Assembly (NCBI GenBank): GCA_002104905.1
Contig: MCFE01000514.1
Span: forward strand, 1 to 63,968
Reading direction: 5' to 3'
DNA: 63,968 bases
From: Basidiobolus meristosporus CBS 931.73
Lineage: Eukaryota > Fungi > Basidiobolomycota
The stretch's first letter is position 1, and each line of letters opens with the position of its first letter. The notes under the pieces were generated by a model, which did no database searches, was not told the origin of the DNA, and worked only from the letters and a program-made list of their open reading frames with translations. Position numbers and translations under genes: made by a program. Shown in pieces: positions 13,300 through 27,442 of this stretch.

Positions 13300-16200
13300 A
13301 TCCAACTATCAAGTGTTGAATGCATTTACAAAAATTATGCCACAAGAATCAGGCCTTTGAGATATTGTAGTAGGAAAAGTTGCTTACAGGTGTCAGAGGA
13401 AACCATATGAATAATAATTTGGTCACACTGGCAAATACAATCCTGATCTATAATCAAGATCCTGCAATGAGGCTGTAACAATGCCAGCAGCCTCAAATTC
13501 TTGACCCTCATTGCAAGGCAATAGCAGACTAGTGATTGTGTATTCCTATCCAGATTGCTTAATACAGGATTAAGCTTGATGGTGCTGGGATAGGATGAAA
13601 GTGTTCCTAATGTGCCCTAAGCTTATTTGACAAGACCAAACTAGCCAATATGTGGTTGCCTTTTGTGGTAGTAAACATGTCATTACTTCTGTGGCCTTTC
13701 TGCAAGCCTCTGTAGTCTTTGTCATGGCAGTATGGTGGCCTACTCCTGGTCCTGCATGATGATATTGTACTAACTCATAGGATGGTATTTTATTTTTTAA
13801 GCTCCTGTTGTACTATTCATATATTTCACTGTAGAAGCATGCCACTGTATCAGCTTACATACTGCTACCATGAGTATTCCACAAATAGGTTCAGTCAAAA
13901 AACTATGGTCTCCTGATTATCAACCTCCATGTATATGCACACCTGCTACAATTGACATACTACTCTAACCTCAAGTTTACAGCTTTTCAGTGGGATACTT
14001 GTGAGGTTGACATGTACCATATCTTGCTGGGAACATATAGATCTTGCAAGCAAATGCTTGGTTGTTGTCACTTTGGCTATGAAAACCTCCCAGATATTTG
14101 CTAAATACTCTTAGTATTTGGTCAATAAATTCCTTCTCCCTGTGAGATACTAGTAGCACTTTTAGGGGTGCACCCAACTTTTCTTGTGTGTTCTCCATAT
14201 TGAAATGTGTAGAAGCTGGTATGTACAAAGGAGATATCTGGCATACTTTGGCAAAATTGTTCTGGGAGAGAATTAGTTGCTTATTGAATCCAGCCTAACC
14301 TTGCCTTACTTTACTGATTATCTATGTGTTGGGGCTGCCTAGCTGTTTAATGAGCAAAGCACAAGTGTCTCCATTTGCACATCTAAGCTGATTATTTTCT
14401 AACTTTAGCAGGCCATCCTCCATTTGTCAATGCATCATTTCAATGACAGACTAAAGGTAATACTCCTGATCAGATTAGAATATGGCAGTGTTTGCTACTT
14501 GAGTTTTCTTCTTATTTTGTCAAATATCTACTCCACAAGAATCCCCCAAAAGGCACAGCATGGTCCAAAATTCTCCACACTGAGCAAGATGTGGAATAGA
14601 GAATGTATACAATAGCAGAAAATATCTATGCAGTTAGCTGTATGCCTGTAGTGTAGCTGTTCAAATGCACCACAAAAATTTTGAATAAAAGCTCTAGATG
14701 CATTATGTTGACATTGGTGATCCCCTTTGCAATGAATATTTCTGCAGTGTTGTCACATAACTCCCAATGCTTCCAATGTATTCTGAGTAAATATTGCCTT
14801 AGAAGGCCATTTGAGTACAAGCATATCCCATTTGTCCAATACTTTTATTTGTATTGCTGCATATGCAAATAAATATTGATTGAAGCTGGTGAGATGTACT
14901 TTGAGCCATGGATACTGTGTAATATCTTGCTAATGCTTTTAAACTTCTCTAGTATTTCAAAGGGCTTGCTTAGTTGGAAGCACCCATGGATAAAAGTGTC
15001 ATCACTGTTAGGATATTCATGAAGAACAAATGCATGGCTCACAGTTATGTGTGTGAGTTATGCAGCAAGTCTGCTGAAAATCACACGTGTAACAGCAATA
15101 CCATCCATTGTGCCTGGAATAGCTGGTAGTCCTGCTAATGGCTGGAATATCTTCAATGTATATAATGCTACATACTTTGACATGATGGCTATAATAGCAT
15201 CCTGCCGAAGAAGTTCAAAAATTGATCCAGCAATAGATACAGGTACCTATCCAAGCTGAATGGTTATTTAGGCCCAGAAATCAGTGAGACTACATTCCAA
15301 TTTCTGCTCAGATGCTGTAAGATCCGTAGCAGATTCACACTGATGAAAATTAATGGCCAGCAGGATTTGCTGGTAGAGTACTTGTATAATGAGAATCTAG
15401 CAAGCCAAACAGCAAAGGCATGGCTGTACATAATTTTAAAGTAACCTTTGTTCATAGCTGTTTGTGATGTCTGCTATGCTATATATCTGAAATGTTTCAG
15501 CTTGATTGATACTGATTGCAGTATTTTATAGCTTCACACTATTGTTGAGCTTCATTAGCTTCTTGAGATGGGGTAAACTGAACAACTTGGTCAATCTTTC
15601 CTACACTACAAGTTATTTTGGGATCTATGTATTGATGCAGTGGTCAAAGAGAAAAATGGCAACTCATCAATTGCTTCTTACCCTAATTGTAGATGTTTTG
15701 TATGCTAAAGTGTCTTTGACATACAAGCCTCTAGAATTTCTGAGTGTTCCTTTTTACCATATCATCACCCTTGTACAGAATTATGGACCCTTTTGGTGCT
15801 TCTGAATGGCATATCCTCAGTGTCTAGTGCAATATCAATCAAGCATAATCCATTAAATTGCAATAGTAATATTTGAGTTGATAATGTAGCAATAGGTAGG
15901 TCAGTCATTCAAAAAGTGACACACTCAAAGCTTTGAGAACTCCAGGTAATCTCTGAGTCACTGGATCTGATGCAAAGTTGCTTGTCAAAAAGGATACAAA
16001 TATATTTACCAACAGAGTGTAACTACATAGCAATCAGAATTGCCAGGCTTTCATCCAACCACCACTGCTTATGACTCTAAAGGTAAGACCCTGCCTTTCT
16101 GGTATTTGCTATGACATTTGAGAAAATGTTGGAAATGCCTTGAAGTGCCAGAAGAATTGTGTGTTAATAACTTGTTTTATTGAGCTCAGATAAAGTATAT

Positions 16201-17100
16201 ATACTTTTGGGGAAGTTTGCAGAGCAAATGCTAAGTTGAGCACAAATAAGCACCCAGAAAGCTGGGTGCAAGGATTGGGAGCTTCTGGACAAGCCTGAAA
16301 ATATCAATGATTACTAGTCCTTCACTAATTCACAGAAATATCTACAATCCAACAAGCAATATCATTGATAAATAGTTCATTGCTCAGCAGTAAGCAAAAG
16401 AGGGCTATTCATTGTATGGGCATCTAGGATGTGAGCTAAATAGTTACCATAGTCTTTTTATTTATATAATAAAATCCTTCCCAGGGCAGAATTACTATTC
16501 AATTGAGTCTTCTGGCCATTAGGTAATCAATATATGCCTCAGTTTAATGCCTAAAGCCCTTTAATACCAAATTGACAGCAAATGTAAGTATGCTACATGG
16601 TATAATAATGCATACTATCTTCATTTGAATAGCATATGAGCTTGCTTTACATCAAGCACTATCATACATACATGCCATGAAAGTTCTCTTCTGCAACTAA
16701 GTCATGGATAGCAAATTGGCCATACGGCTTAGAATTATAAATAACAGAGTGGGGCTCAACTGATATTCTATGGTATTCTACTTTAAATACAACTCTATGA
16801 AAGTAGCTCAAGGACTATATCTTGGAAAAATTCAGGAAGTTGTTTCTTGATTTTTGGAAGTTAGGTAGTTCATGTGAGTATTCACTTATTAGTTGGTGAT
16901 CAAATAGAAACCTGAATGAATAATTTAGGTGCAAAACTAGGAAACAGAAATCAAATACTCAAATGGTCTCTAAGGCAGCAGTCCTGACACTTTCTGAGGA
17001 CTTCCAAGTGGACACTTTGGCACCAGGGGTTAGACCAGTGTGACCTCTATCCATTAACAAATATCAACCTCTCATTGAGTTCTTTGCCAGAAGCAAGACA
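13300..17100. other. AT-rich, CpG-depleted degenerate block, probably transposon-derived, family not identified
   Basis: CG dinucleotides are almost absent. Partly open minus-strand frames are broken by stops. I recognise no motif. Confidence 0.4.
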
Positions 17101-20100
17101 AAGAGCAGTATGACTAACTGGGACTCAGTATGAACCAGAAGACGGCACGTGAAACAGCCCAGTTGGCCACAAGAATTGTAAGAGTAAATCAAAATACCCC
17201 TATACTGACTACAACATCAATCTACTCGAGAGAGAAACCCATATTGCAGTTAGCGTTGGTAACAATTTCTCATTATCCCACAGATTTGAACGAGCCAGAG
17301 ATCTGGCTCGCAATTGCATGTAGAAGGCTCACCGTCCATAACTGCTTCAGTTCAGGCAAAATCCCCATCGCCACTAAGTTGTTTACTATTTTAGTAGGGA
17401 TAAAACAGGCTAAATATGGCCATATTTATGGGGAGATTTTAAATCATATACGGGATCTGGTGTGCAGTATAATCAGCAATTAATATCTCATACGATCCTT
17501 TAATGCCTTGGTCCGCATTCGTCATGTGAACTAAGGTGTACTCGCGTCAACGTCAAGCTTTCAAAAGTTTAGAGATTCAATGTAACAAGAGCTGTGTAAT
17601 AGAACGATACGAATGATACATATGCATGTAAATACAAACTAAAGGGGTAGGAGAACAGGGACCGTTTCTCGTCAACCTTGGATTAGCACTTCAAGGTGCT
17701 TGAGCTCTGAGAGTAGCACAGATCGTCTACATCACTACCAAATCCTACATGAGATATATAGCAATGCCGGTAACCACACGTAAAGTAGGAATACCAAGTG
17801 GCTAGCAATTAAATTATGCAGCCTTGGTTGGTCAAACAGTAATGTTGAAAATCACCTACCGCTAAGATGTACATTGATCGAGTCACCTAGCTCAATTAAC
17901 ATTCATGTATTTCGAACCTATACCTGCTTTCCAATTGAACACAAATTATTCCGTACAGACCTGTGTAAGCCTCTCCAGCTCAACCTTAAAGTTTGTTTCG
18001 TTCATACAATAGGTTTATTGATGGATACAACCAGTTTTAGCGCCATCGGAGGATCCAAGTTTCAAGCCCCCTCCAGTAACTCATAAACTCTCACAAGAAT
18101 AATTCTGTGCCAAGCAACGTATTCCACAACGCATATTTATCGGTTATTAAATACCACGCCCACCGTTGCAACAGTAGTACAGTTCAGCAGTGTTCTTACT
18201 CTTAAGCAACAGATACGAATGCAGTTGACGAGACAAAACATTGAACTTCGAGCATTGCTCAGTAGCACTTTGAGCTCATAGATGTTACTCAAGGGAAGGA
18301 TCGGTTAATGGATTAGCACATTGCGATGGCTGATATCTAGCACGAAGTCTGAGTGCTTAGATGATACTCTGTTTTGATTGTACCTCAATATGGACCTTCG
18401 TCTCCAAACCATTGTACAAACATACTGAGCTGAAGGCGGATTGCAGTGTATTCAGAACGGTCAGTTCAAGAAAGTGCAGCCCGTTGATGCTCGACATGAG
18501 TAGGACCATAATACGTGGTCAAGTGGGCAAGAACAAGTATCCTCGATCTTTCCGAGATGATTGTGTGTAGGGCACTATGCATGGATCACCTATCTGGGAA
18601 GTGTTCAAATCGCAGGTCACTTGTGGCCGCTTTCGTACGAAGGATCGTCCGACGAGGACGCTGGAAGTCCAGTATGATTGAAGCGCTCAGATACACGAAA
18701 TTGCTTCATAGAATCAAAATTAGAATATAGATGAACTCATGCAATTAATCTGGATAGACTTGTAGCTACAAACATTCAGGTTTTACCTACACTGTGCCAC
18801 GGTGGTGGCCATTTCTTTCCAACACCTGTCTATTCAGACTTTGCCCGCAATGCGCGACTGGTCGTGAAACCACTCGATTTCATTCCATTCGAAGCCCCCT
18901 AAGCTCTAAGCAATAATTTGTCTCACTGGGCACCGCGAGATCTCCATGCAGATTTCTATGGCTATACTAGCGGCCTGGGGAGGCACTCCAAGAACCCTCG
19001 TACCTCATCTTAGGTTTTGGCTACCATAGCACAAACACGTTAATTCGTACTGCCCATATCAAGAACTGATCACCAGTTAGGGCACCGCGGTTCCCACACA
19101 GTTCACCCTCTGATCACGTGATACGGGCAAATGAAACATCCCAAGCATCACCGAACAGTAATACTGATAACAGTAGTACCCAAAATTTTCACCCTATCTT
19201 ATCTCTCGCGTAACACAAGATTCCAATTATCTGCTGATAACGACTCGCATCAAGGCCCCATCGTCCCAATTCCACCAAGCAGTGATCCATTGGGATTAAT
19301 ATAGGCAAGAAAGGAGCGCGCCACTTCAGCATTCGCTCTGGAATCCCGACAATCCATATAGATCCTAGGTCGGACAGCAAGGGATTTTGAACACGCTTGT
19401 CACGCGAAGTCCCCTTCGGCCGCGTTCTGTCAGCTGCCGTCCTCTGATCCCTGTTTCATAGGATGGCCAACCTGAATTCGAAACCGTCGGTGAGACATAT
19501 GAAATCAATGTTAACAAACGGAGCAATATTGTGCAGTGTGAGAGTGTTTGCCGCGTCGATTCCTCGATTCCCACCGAGCCATAGTTGCCGCTGGTGAGCA
19601 CACCATGGATCTACCAATATGCTCGCAGTCATGGAAAGGTTGGATTGATTGCTTCTTGTTTGGTTCGAACTCATTTGGTTGTCTGTGTCTCCCAGTGGAA
19701 GCAATCCTACATTTCCCCCACCAATATTTGTGTCCTGTGCAACGTTGATTCCGAAGGAGCCGAACTTTAACTATCTAGACTGCAGTGCCTTCCTGGCCAA
19801 GTCGTTTCTTATAGGCTCGGAAGACGTGTGCTACAAATTACTGCAGTTTCCTTGATGGGCAAATAGCTTCCTACCCACCGAACTATGCTTAAGGTTAACG
19901 CATTCTGCATATCGCTTCGTTGATCTGGTTGGTTGGATGAATCCGTTGTATCTAGTTTGGGGATGCCACCTCTCAGTGTCGAATAAAATTGGTCCAAAGC
20001 GCAATCTTAGCGACAGGAATGGTCTCACCCACCCACCAACTCAGGAATCACGTGCCAGCAGGGTCGTCGACTCGGAATCATGGTTGAGGAGACTGGAAAG

Positions 20101-20337
20101 AAAACCGATCTGATTCTGGGAAGTGACTAATCAAGAGCCAGCATAATGTATGATCCATTGTGTCAGAGACATATATTAAATTTTCCTAGTATCGGCAATG
20201 TTTTCGGTTTTTCATGGCCACATTCGTGGAAACGACTGGATGGGGCCTCGCACGAGGTGCGGCAGCTACCAGTATAAATGGGCATGGTGGCCACCTTTTG
20301 TCAACGCATTTTTGTCTAACTTCCACCTATCCCTAAG

Positions 20338-22026
20338 ATGGGCTTTATCGTCAGGCTGAACGAAAATATTGCTAGGTCGCCGGTTGGCAAATGGTTCAAA
20401 CTCGAAGGATCTGGCGCTAAGGGCGAGCGTGCTAACACCAAGTTCAGCTCGGAGTTGCGTGCCGGCCTTGCTACCTTCGTGACCATGGCCTATATCATTT
20501 CGGTCAACTCCACCATTATCTCCGAAACTGGAGGTACCTGCGAATGTAAGCCCCCTGCTGGAGCCACTGGTTCTGCGGCTCTTTGTGTTGGCGACCCTGT
20601 TTATGAAGAATGTGTTACCCAGATTAAGCGTGATTTGATTACTGCCACCGCTGCTATTTCCGCCATTGCCTGCATTGCCATGGGCTCGTTCGCTAATCTT
20701 CCCTTCGCTTTGGCTCCTGGTATGGGTATCAATGCTTACTTTACTTACACCGTGGTTGGTTTCCATGGTAGTGGCAAGGTCTCGTACAAGACTGCCCTGG
20801 CTGCAGTGTTTATCGAAGGAATCTTCTTTGTTGTGTTGTCTGTACTAGGGATTCGTCAGTGGTTGGCTAAACTCATCCCGAACTCGATCAAAATTGCCAC
20901 GGGCGCAGGAATTGGTCTCTATCTCTGTTTCATTGGGCTCCAGAGCTCTGCTGGTATTGGATTGATAACCGCCGATCCCGCTACTCTCGTAACTCTGGGT
21001 GGATGCGATCCAACGAACAAAAACGAGAACGGCCAGTGTCTAACCGGAAAGATGGAGGGGCCTACCGTTTGGATGGGCATCTTCGGCTTCTTCTTGATCA
21101 CCATGTTGACCCTCTTCCGCGTCAAGGGTGCTGTTCTGTTTGGTGTTCTTCTCGTAGCCATTATCTCCTGGTTCCGAGGAACCACCGTCACCTATTTCCC
21201 CTACACCCCCAAAGGTGATGAGGCCTTCGAGTTTTTCAAGCAGGTCGTCACTTTCCACCCCATCAAGCATACACTTGCCGTCTTTGATTTCGGGCTCAAC
21301 CACAGCGACGTCTGGATTGCTTTGATCACCATGCTGTATGTGGATATTTTGGATGCCACTGGCACGATGTTCTCCATGGCCAAATTCGGTGGCTTTACCG
21401 ACGAAAACGGCAATTTCGAGGGGTTAGGCACTGCTTTTATCGTGGACGGTTTCACCATCATTATTGGATCCGTTTTTGGGGTCTCTCCGGTTACCGTTTT
21501 CGTGGAGTCAGGGGCGGGTATTACCGATGGAGGCCGAACTGGGATTACTGCCATTACTGTTGGCTTTTTCTTCTTCCTCTCTGTGTTCCTGTCGCCGATC
21601 TTTGCTTCATTCCCCCCTTGGGCTACCGGACCAGCCCTCATCGTCATCGGCTCCATGATGACCAAGAGTGTCAAACACATCAACTGGGATTACCTCGGGG
21701 ATGCAGTTCCCGCCTTCCTTACCATTGCCCTGATGCCCTTGACTTACTCTATCGCCTATGGCCTTGTTGCCGGGATCTGTGCTTACATCGCCATTAACGT
21801 GTCTGCCTGGGCTGTTGTCCGCTTGAGCAGGGGACGTATCCATCTCGACAGATCCCAGAAAGAAGCCTGGAACAACTTCAAGATGGACGATGGTCAACGG
21901 TTGATGGCCCCCTGGGTCTATAAGATCAAGAACATGATGTTTGGCAAGCAAAAGTCATCCGAGGATCTCCAGAGCAAGCCTGAGGTCAGCCATGAGGAAG
22001 TCAGCAAGATCTCCAATCACGTTTAG
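20338..22026 (+). CDS. azgA: AzgA-type purine (hypoxanthine/adenine/guanine) transporter, NCS2 superfamily, intronless, 562 aa
   Basis: 'ELRAGLATFVTMAYIISVN', 'NLPFALAPGMGINAYFTYTVVG', 'LYVDILDATGT', 'SPVTVFVESGAGITDGGRTG', 'PLTYSIAYG'. Confidence 0.96.
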   Translation: MGFIVRLNENIARSPVGKWFKLEGSGAKGERANTKFSSELRAGLATFVTMAYIISVNSTIISETGGTCECKPPAGATGSAALCVGDPVYEECVTQIKRDLITATAAISAIACIAMGSFANLPFALAPGMGINAYFTYTVVGFHGSGKVSYKTALAAVFIEGIFFVVLSVLGIRQWLAKLIPNSIKIATGAGIGLYLCFIGLQSSAGIGLITADPATLVTLGGCDPTNKNENGQCLTGKMEGPTVWMGIFGFFLITMLTLFRVKGAVLFGVLLVAIISWFRGTTVTYFPYTPKGDEAFEFFKQVVTFHPIKHTLAVFDFGLNHSDVWIALITMLYVDILDATGTMFSMAKFGGFTDENGNFEGLGTAFIVDGFTIIIGSVFGVSPVTVFVESGAGITDGGRTGITAITVGFFFFLSVFLSPIFASFPPWATGPALIVIGSMMTKSVKHINWDYLGDAVPAFLTIALMPLTYSIAYGLVAGICAYIAINVSAWAVVRLSRGRIHLDRSQKEAWNNFKMDDGQRLMAPWVYKIKNMMFGKQKSSEDLQSKPEVSHEEVSKISNHV

Positions 22027-23549
22027 AAAGCAGAACCCCATCCACCAGGCTTCTGGCCGCTAGGACACGCGCCATTTGTATACAAACCTAATCATTTTAT
22101 TATTTATCACAAGGAGTGTAGAGCATAATTCACTACTTGATCAGTTTTGTAAGAATAGGAATAATAAACCACCTCCAAGAAACCCTTTCCCTATTACACT
22201 CACAGCAGGCGCAATCATCGAAGAAGGAAACTTCCTCACCCGCTGTGCTCTGGTCCTGCCTACTCCGTCTGGGCCACGGGACCCGATCAAATCGCCCTAC
22301 TGCGAGACGAACAAACATCGGCGCCGCCTATGGGAGCATCAGCTGTTTGCCATAAGCAGCATAATTGGCATGATCAACAAATAAGGGCAGAGTGCCTCTT
22401 GGAGGGGAAGGAATTTTCCACATCGAAAAAAGGAAATGGTTGCGTTTCCATAGAGAGTAAATTCAATTTGGCCTAATGCTTCTATCCAACTGTAGCTTCC
22501 TTGCCGATTGTTTGGTGGAGGCCAGAGAGAGGTAGCTACTGGTGGAAAAACGGTTGATCAGGAGATGGATCACCCGTATGATAATCATGTACTTCACCCA
22601 AGCATCTGCTCTTATCTTAGATATCTCGAGGAAGATACTGCAACGTTTGAAAACTGATACCAAATCTGGGGATAGTGGACCAGTAGGGAGATTGGCTTGC
22701 TGTAACCTTCCTAAAGAAGGTAGACCTGGATGGACCATACTTGTGTCGATTCGCTGATTGATTCTGAAGTAATGGCGTGGTGCAACCGTGGATGACAATA
22801 AACTGATGGTCAACGGGATGACTGTAGTCGTCAATTCTGATTCGAGGTGGGTTCCACTCTACGCACTTGTTGTCAGTATATGTCACGCCGCCCCATTCTT
22901 CATATTCTGACCTCCACTAGGGTTGGTATTCTAAGTTGACTTGTGTCGGCATGTACGGAAGCCACCAGCACTAAAGCTGAGGAATCTAGGGGGGACGCAG
23001 ATCAATAATTACTTTCATTGGGGGTGGGGAATCTGTATTGCTGTTTGCTCAAGTGTGCTGCCTTGTGATAGGATGGTATCATTAGATGCTGAGCTCAGGT
23101 CATCCAGATTGTATGATTCTCTGAAATACATATTTTCACCATGAGGATGCAATGCCCTGCAGTGGAACTTCGTGTTAACGGGTTCAGCTACAATGTCCGA
23201 GACCATTGTAAATGGATACGTGTTGGGGGTGGAAAGCAATAAGTCCATGCTTCTAGGAGGGTTTTGAAGGGTAACGATTGGCCTGTATTTCAGGTGCTTT
23301 TTATGGTAAAAACTTTTGCCTAGTACGCCCAAAAGATCAACTTTCTATTGCTGTATACAGTAGTAATATATCCTTGATTCTGGATCTCGAAAGGTATGTA
23401 AATACTGGATAGGCTAATGCGAACTTGGTGGAACTTGGGTGCTCTAATGCTTTAACTAGACTTTGCTTGATCTCACCTTGGCACAGTGGTAGGTAGTGGC
23501 AGCAGGAAATTTCATGTAGGCTATCAAAATGCGTGGATATTAAAGAATA

Positions 23550-23950
23550 GAACCATAGTCAATGCTCCATATGATAACATCAAACCTGAATTTCTTTAGT
23601 ACTCCACTGGTATTTAGCTAGCATTCCTCCAGTGTCCTGCTTATTTTGCAGTCTAATTTTCAAGTGTCAATATCCATGGGGTTGGTGAGCTCTCTGTATT
23701 ATACTCCATATAAGGTTAACTTAGGCACAACACTTTCTAGGATATATAACTATTAGTCCCCTACAATGCTAGAACTTCCAATATTGAAGGTGAACCTTTG
23801 GTATGGATTGAGCTTCCACCAGCATTTTGTGGGCACTGTGCTGATTTTTGAAAATTGTTTCACAAGGGCTGATTATTCTATGAATGCAAACATAAATGTT
23901 AACTGTTATTGTCAGTAATAGGAATCAGGGTATTAGCATTGACAAGTGGT
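23550..23950 (+). pseudogene. Decayed relic of the multicopy LRR-like gene family (copy 2)
   Basis: Aligns with 3380-3700. Third-position synonymous differences appear in the frames SSVNIxGxxEL and L(Q/E)LxILK. Confidence 0.4.
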
Positions 23951-24019
23951 TAACTGCATCCAAACAAGGCTTCATAGGCACTCAATACTACCAATGGTAA
24001 AAGTTGTATCCATAATTAG

Positions 24020-27000
24020 CTTGTTTGTGGTAAGCAATATCTATATGTGGGTCAATACTGCACTTAGTCCTCCCAAGAGCCTTGTTAGAAATGATCCCAA
24101 TGTTAACACCAACTTTTATACTGTAACATGGTCTTGGCACAAAAAGCCCATAGAATACATTCAGAAAGGTCACAAGAGCATGTGTGCAAAGTTTGGGGCC
24201 ATTTTAAAAACTTGACGGATTCTCATGTCTTGGGTACCTGATGCTTTGGTGAGAGTTTTCTATGCAAATCCCACCAAGGTGTTTACTCAGAGTTTTCTAA
24301 GATTTGTAGGTAATGATCTAGGTGACTTAGTTTGGTGAATATTTGGGTGGAGTTACAAATTCTTACAGCATCTACACTATATGAGTCCTATGGCTTGAAG
24401 ACCTTTCTGTCACATTTATGAGCCTGATGTTTGTACCTAAATCCAGACATGAAATTTTATACTTATACTTCAGTCTATGAATCTCAGTATTAACTAGTCA
24501 CACACTCTATTGTGTTTCATTTTGAGGAACTCTTGCCAATATGATAGACTGCCAAATATATGACCTTAATACCAACATCCATGCTAATGTCATGTCAGGC
24601 TTTGGAACTTAGATCTTGAGGTAACATTAGTGCATTCCTTGCTTCAAGTATATGACATTTTAGATATATCTGATGAACTTGAACAAAGATTTGGTCAAGA
24701 AATAAAGAAGCACATAAGCTTTGGTCTGAGTAGCTATGTATTTATTTAGGAGCAAAACAGAACATATTCTTGTAAGATTTGTAACATGCCTAAATATTCC
24801 CCTGACTGAGACTTAAATAATTACCTACAAATACTAAAGAATTCTGACCAAATTCCTAGCCAGATTTTGCTTAGAATGCTTTGACCAAAATATCAGATAC
24901 CCTGATCATAAAATATCTTGAAGTTGTCCAAACAGACCCATGTGTGGTACACATGTTCTTGGGACCCTCCAGAACATATACTTTGTGTGTGCTTTGCCAA
25001 GACCACGGGAAAGAATAAATATTACTTAAATTCAGAATGACACCAAGTGAGCATCACTTAAACTACTTGTTCTCCTAATAGCTTCTAAATTGCTGGTGAC
25101 TGCAAGAGCTATTGTGAGTGCTGTGGAGATATTGGAGTTGATTGGTAGAGCAAGTATATTATGTGGTCTTTACCTAGTAATATATTGAATGTAAAAGTTG
25201 TATATATACATATTCACACAGTCTTGGTAGGATAAACATGCAAAATATATTCAAGAAGGTCCCAAGAGCATGTTTAAAAAATATGGGGCTGTTTAGACAA
25301 CTTATTGAAGTTTCATGTTCTGGGTACCTGATGTTTGGTGAAAATATTCCAAGTAAATACCACAAGGAATTTGGTCAGAATTCTCTAAGATTTATAAGTA
25401 ATAATCCAAGTGACTAAGTAAGGTGAATATTTAGGTGGATTTGCAGATCTTACATTGAGAACAAGTACTCTGGACAGCTTTTACTTAATGGTATATTGAA
25501 TGTATAAGTGGCATTTATACTTTATATGATACAGACAAAACAAGCATGCAAGCTATGCCCAGATCACTCACTGGTGCCTGGTGTTGTAGAAGTTGGTAAT
25601 TGCACCTAAATATTCACCTAACTTGGTCACATGGACTATTACTTCTAATTCTTAAAGAATTTTGACCAAATTCCTTGTTGGGATCTACCTGGTATATCTT
25701 CACTAAACTATTAGATGCCCGGAACATGAAATTTTGATAAGTTGTCCAAATTGGTGTGTTTACAGTATTTACAACAATCAAGTGGTGTATATACTGCTCT
25801 AAGAGTTTTTTAGATATTGGAAGGGATTCATAGAACAAGCTAATGTTTGTTGAATGTAAAAGTAGTATTGATAATTTTGCATGGTCTTAGCAAGACAAAC
25901 ATGTAGAATATCTTTAGGAAGGTGTCAACAGCATGTTTGCAGAGTTGGCAGCTGTTTGGGCAACCTTGAGAAATCTGATGTCTGAGTCCTGTTGAGATTA
26001 TTAAGTTGTCAACTAAGTATTCTACCAGCTTAGTCACATGTCACTTGTTCTATGATTGGCACTCTGTGCTGGTTGAATTTCTTGTTGGAATTTACTTAAA
26101 ATATTGTCACCAAATTATCAGGTACCCAGATTATGACCTTTCTTAAAGTTGTCCAAAAGACCCCAAACTTTGCACACATATTTTTGGAACCTTCCTTAGC
26201 AAACTCTATTTGTTGGTTTGTCCTTATCTAAAGTAAAAATACCATACTTTTGATCAGTAAATCTACAAGCGAGTAACATGTAAATCCTCTAGTTCTCCAC
26301 ATCACTTCTAATACTCCGCAGAATACTTCAACAAGTGCCTGATATGTTGGCAAGAAATACTCTGAGTCCCAACAAGTAGTTTGCTTGGATTTCTCTAAGA
26401 TTTGTGATTGATCTAAGTGACTAAGTTGGGGAAATATTTAGGTGTATTTATAGAATTTCCAGCATATACTACTTATATAGTATAGTGCAGCTAAACCTGT
26501 ATACCTCATGGGTTTCTCTCAGGTGGCTAGTGTATCAAGGTTATATTTATACTCTTGTCTGATCATGGGAATATAATAGATTAATAGATGCTTAGGAAGA
26601 CTTCAAAGCTATTGTAGTAAAGCTCAGGGTATCCCAGATAGCATTGAGAGACTGTTGTAAGAGTCTTAGAGATACTGGAAGTAACTAGCAAAATAAGTCC
26701 TATATATGGTATTCACTTTCTGGTGTATAAAGTGTAAAGGTAGTTTTTGTACTGTTCTTTAGTCTTGCAAAACAAGCAAGTGAAATATGCTAAGAAAGGC
26801 TCTATGGGTGGGTGTGCCAAGCCTGGGGCTGCCTGGAGTACTTTGAAACTTCTTCATGTTCTGGGGACCCAATATTTTAGTGAAAATATTCTAAGTTGAC
26901 CCCAATAAGAAATTTGAGCAAATTCTCTAAGATTTGTTGACAATGATCTCAGTGACTAAGTGGGGTGAGTATTTTGATGTAATTAACAAATTTACAACAA

Positions 27001-27442
27001 ATACATCATGTTCTGGATACCTGAGATTTTCAGTAGCATTCAAGACAATCCCTGATACAGTCTGACTCACAAATTATAGGGCTAATGGCTCAGGCAAATG
27101 TAAACACTTACTCTAACTATACACTTTACTCACTCATATACATGCAGATTCTATTTCACATATTACAATGTTATGAGTTATTTACTTGTAAGTTACCCTG
27201 CAGGATATTGGCTAGTTCTTAAAATTAATGAGGGCCTGAATGTTATCAGTATTTTCAGACTCATTCCAAAGCTCAACTTTGCACACAGCCTCACAGGGCC
27301 TTTCTTAAAGCATACCTATCATTAGTTTTACAAAGTTACCCTAAGTACAAATACTCTATTTGGGCTCAATTACACAAGTGAATATCGTGAAATACTTCTG
27401 GTTAGCCAAATTGCTTCTAGTATTCCCTAGAGTCTTGCAACA
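24020..27442. mobile_element. Cluster of about 9 complete or partial copia-family LTRs in both orientations
   Basis: Approximate copies: 24020-24369, 24820-25100 (inverted), 25110-25455, 25590-25760 (inverted), 25790-26040, 26080-26330 (inverted), 26340-26465, 26653-26999 (TGTTG...CAACA intact) and 27250-27442 (inverted). All share the catgtgtgcaaagtttgg / catgttctgggtacctga / gtgactaagt cores. Confidence 0.85.

Noticed and set aside
15047-15259. Plus-strand 'NIFNVYNATY', resembling the NRPS adenylation A5 motif (NxYGPTE)
   Set aside because: No other A-domain core motifs are nearby, and the opposite strand has the longer open frame.
17130-17483. 'YPTDLNEPEIW', resembling the IS5 transposase YPSDL motif
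   Set aside because: It is a single short motif with no DDE domain and no TIRs.
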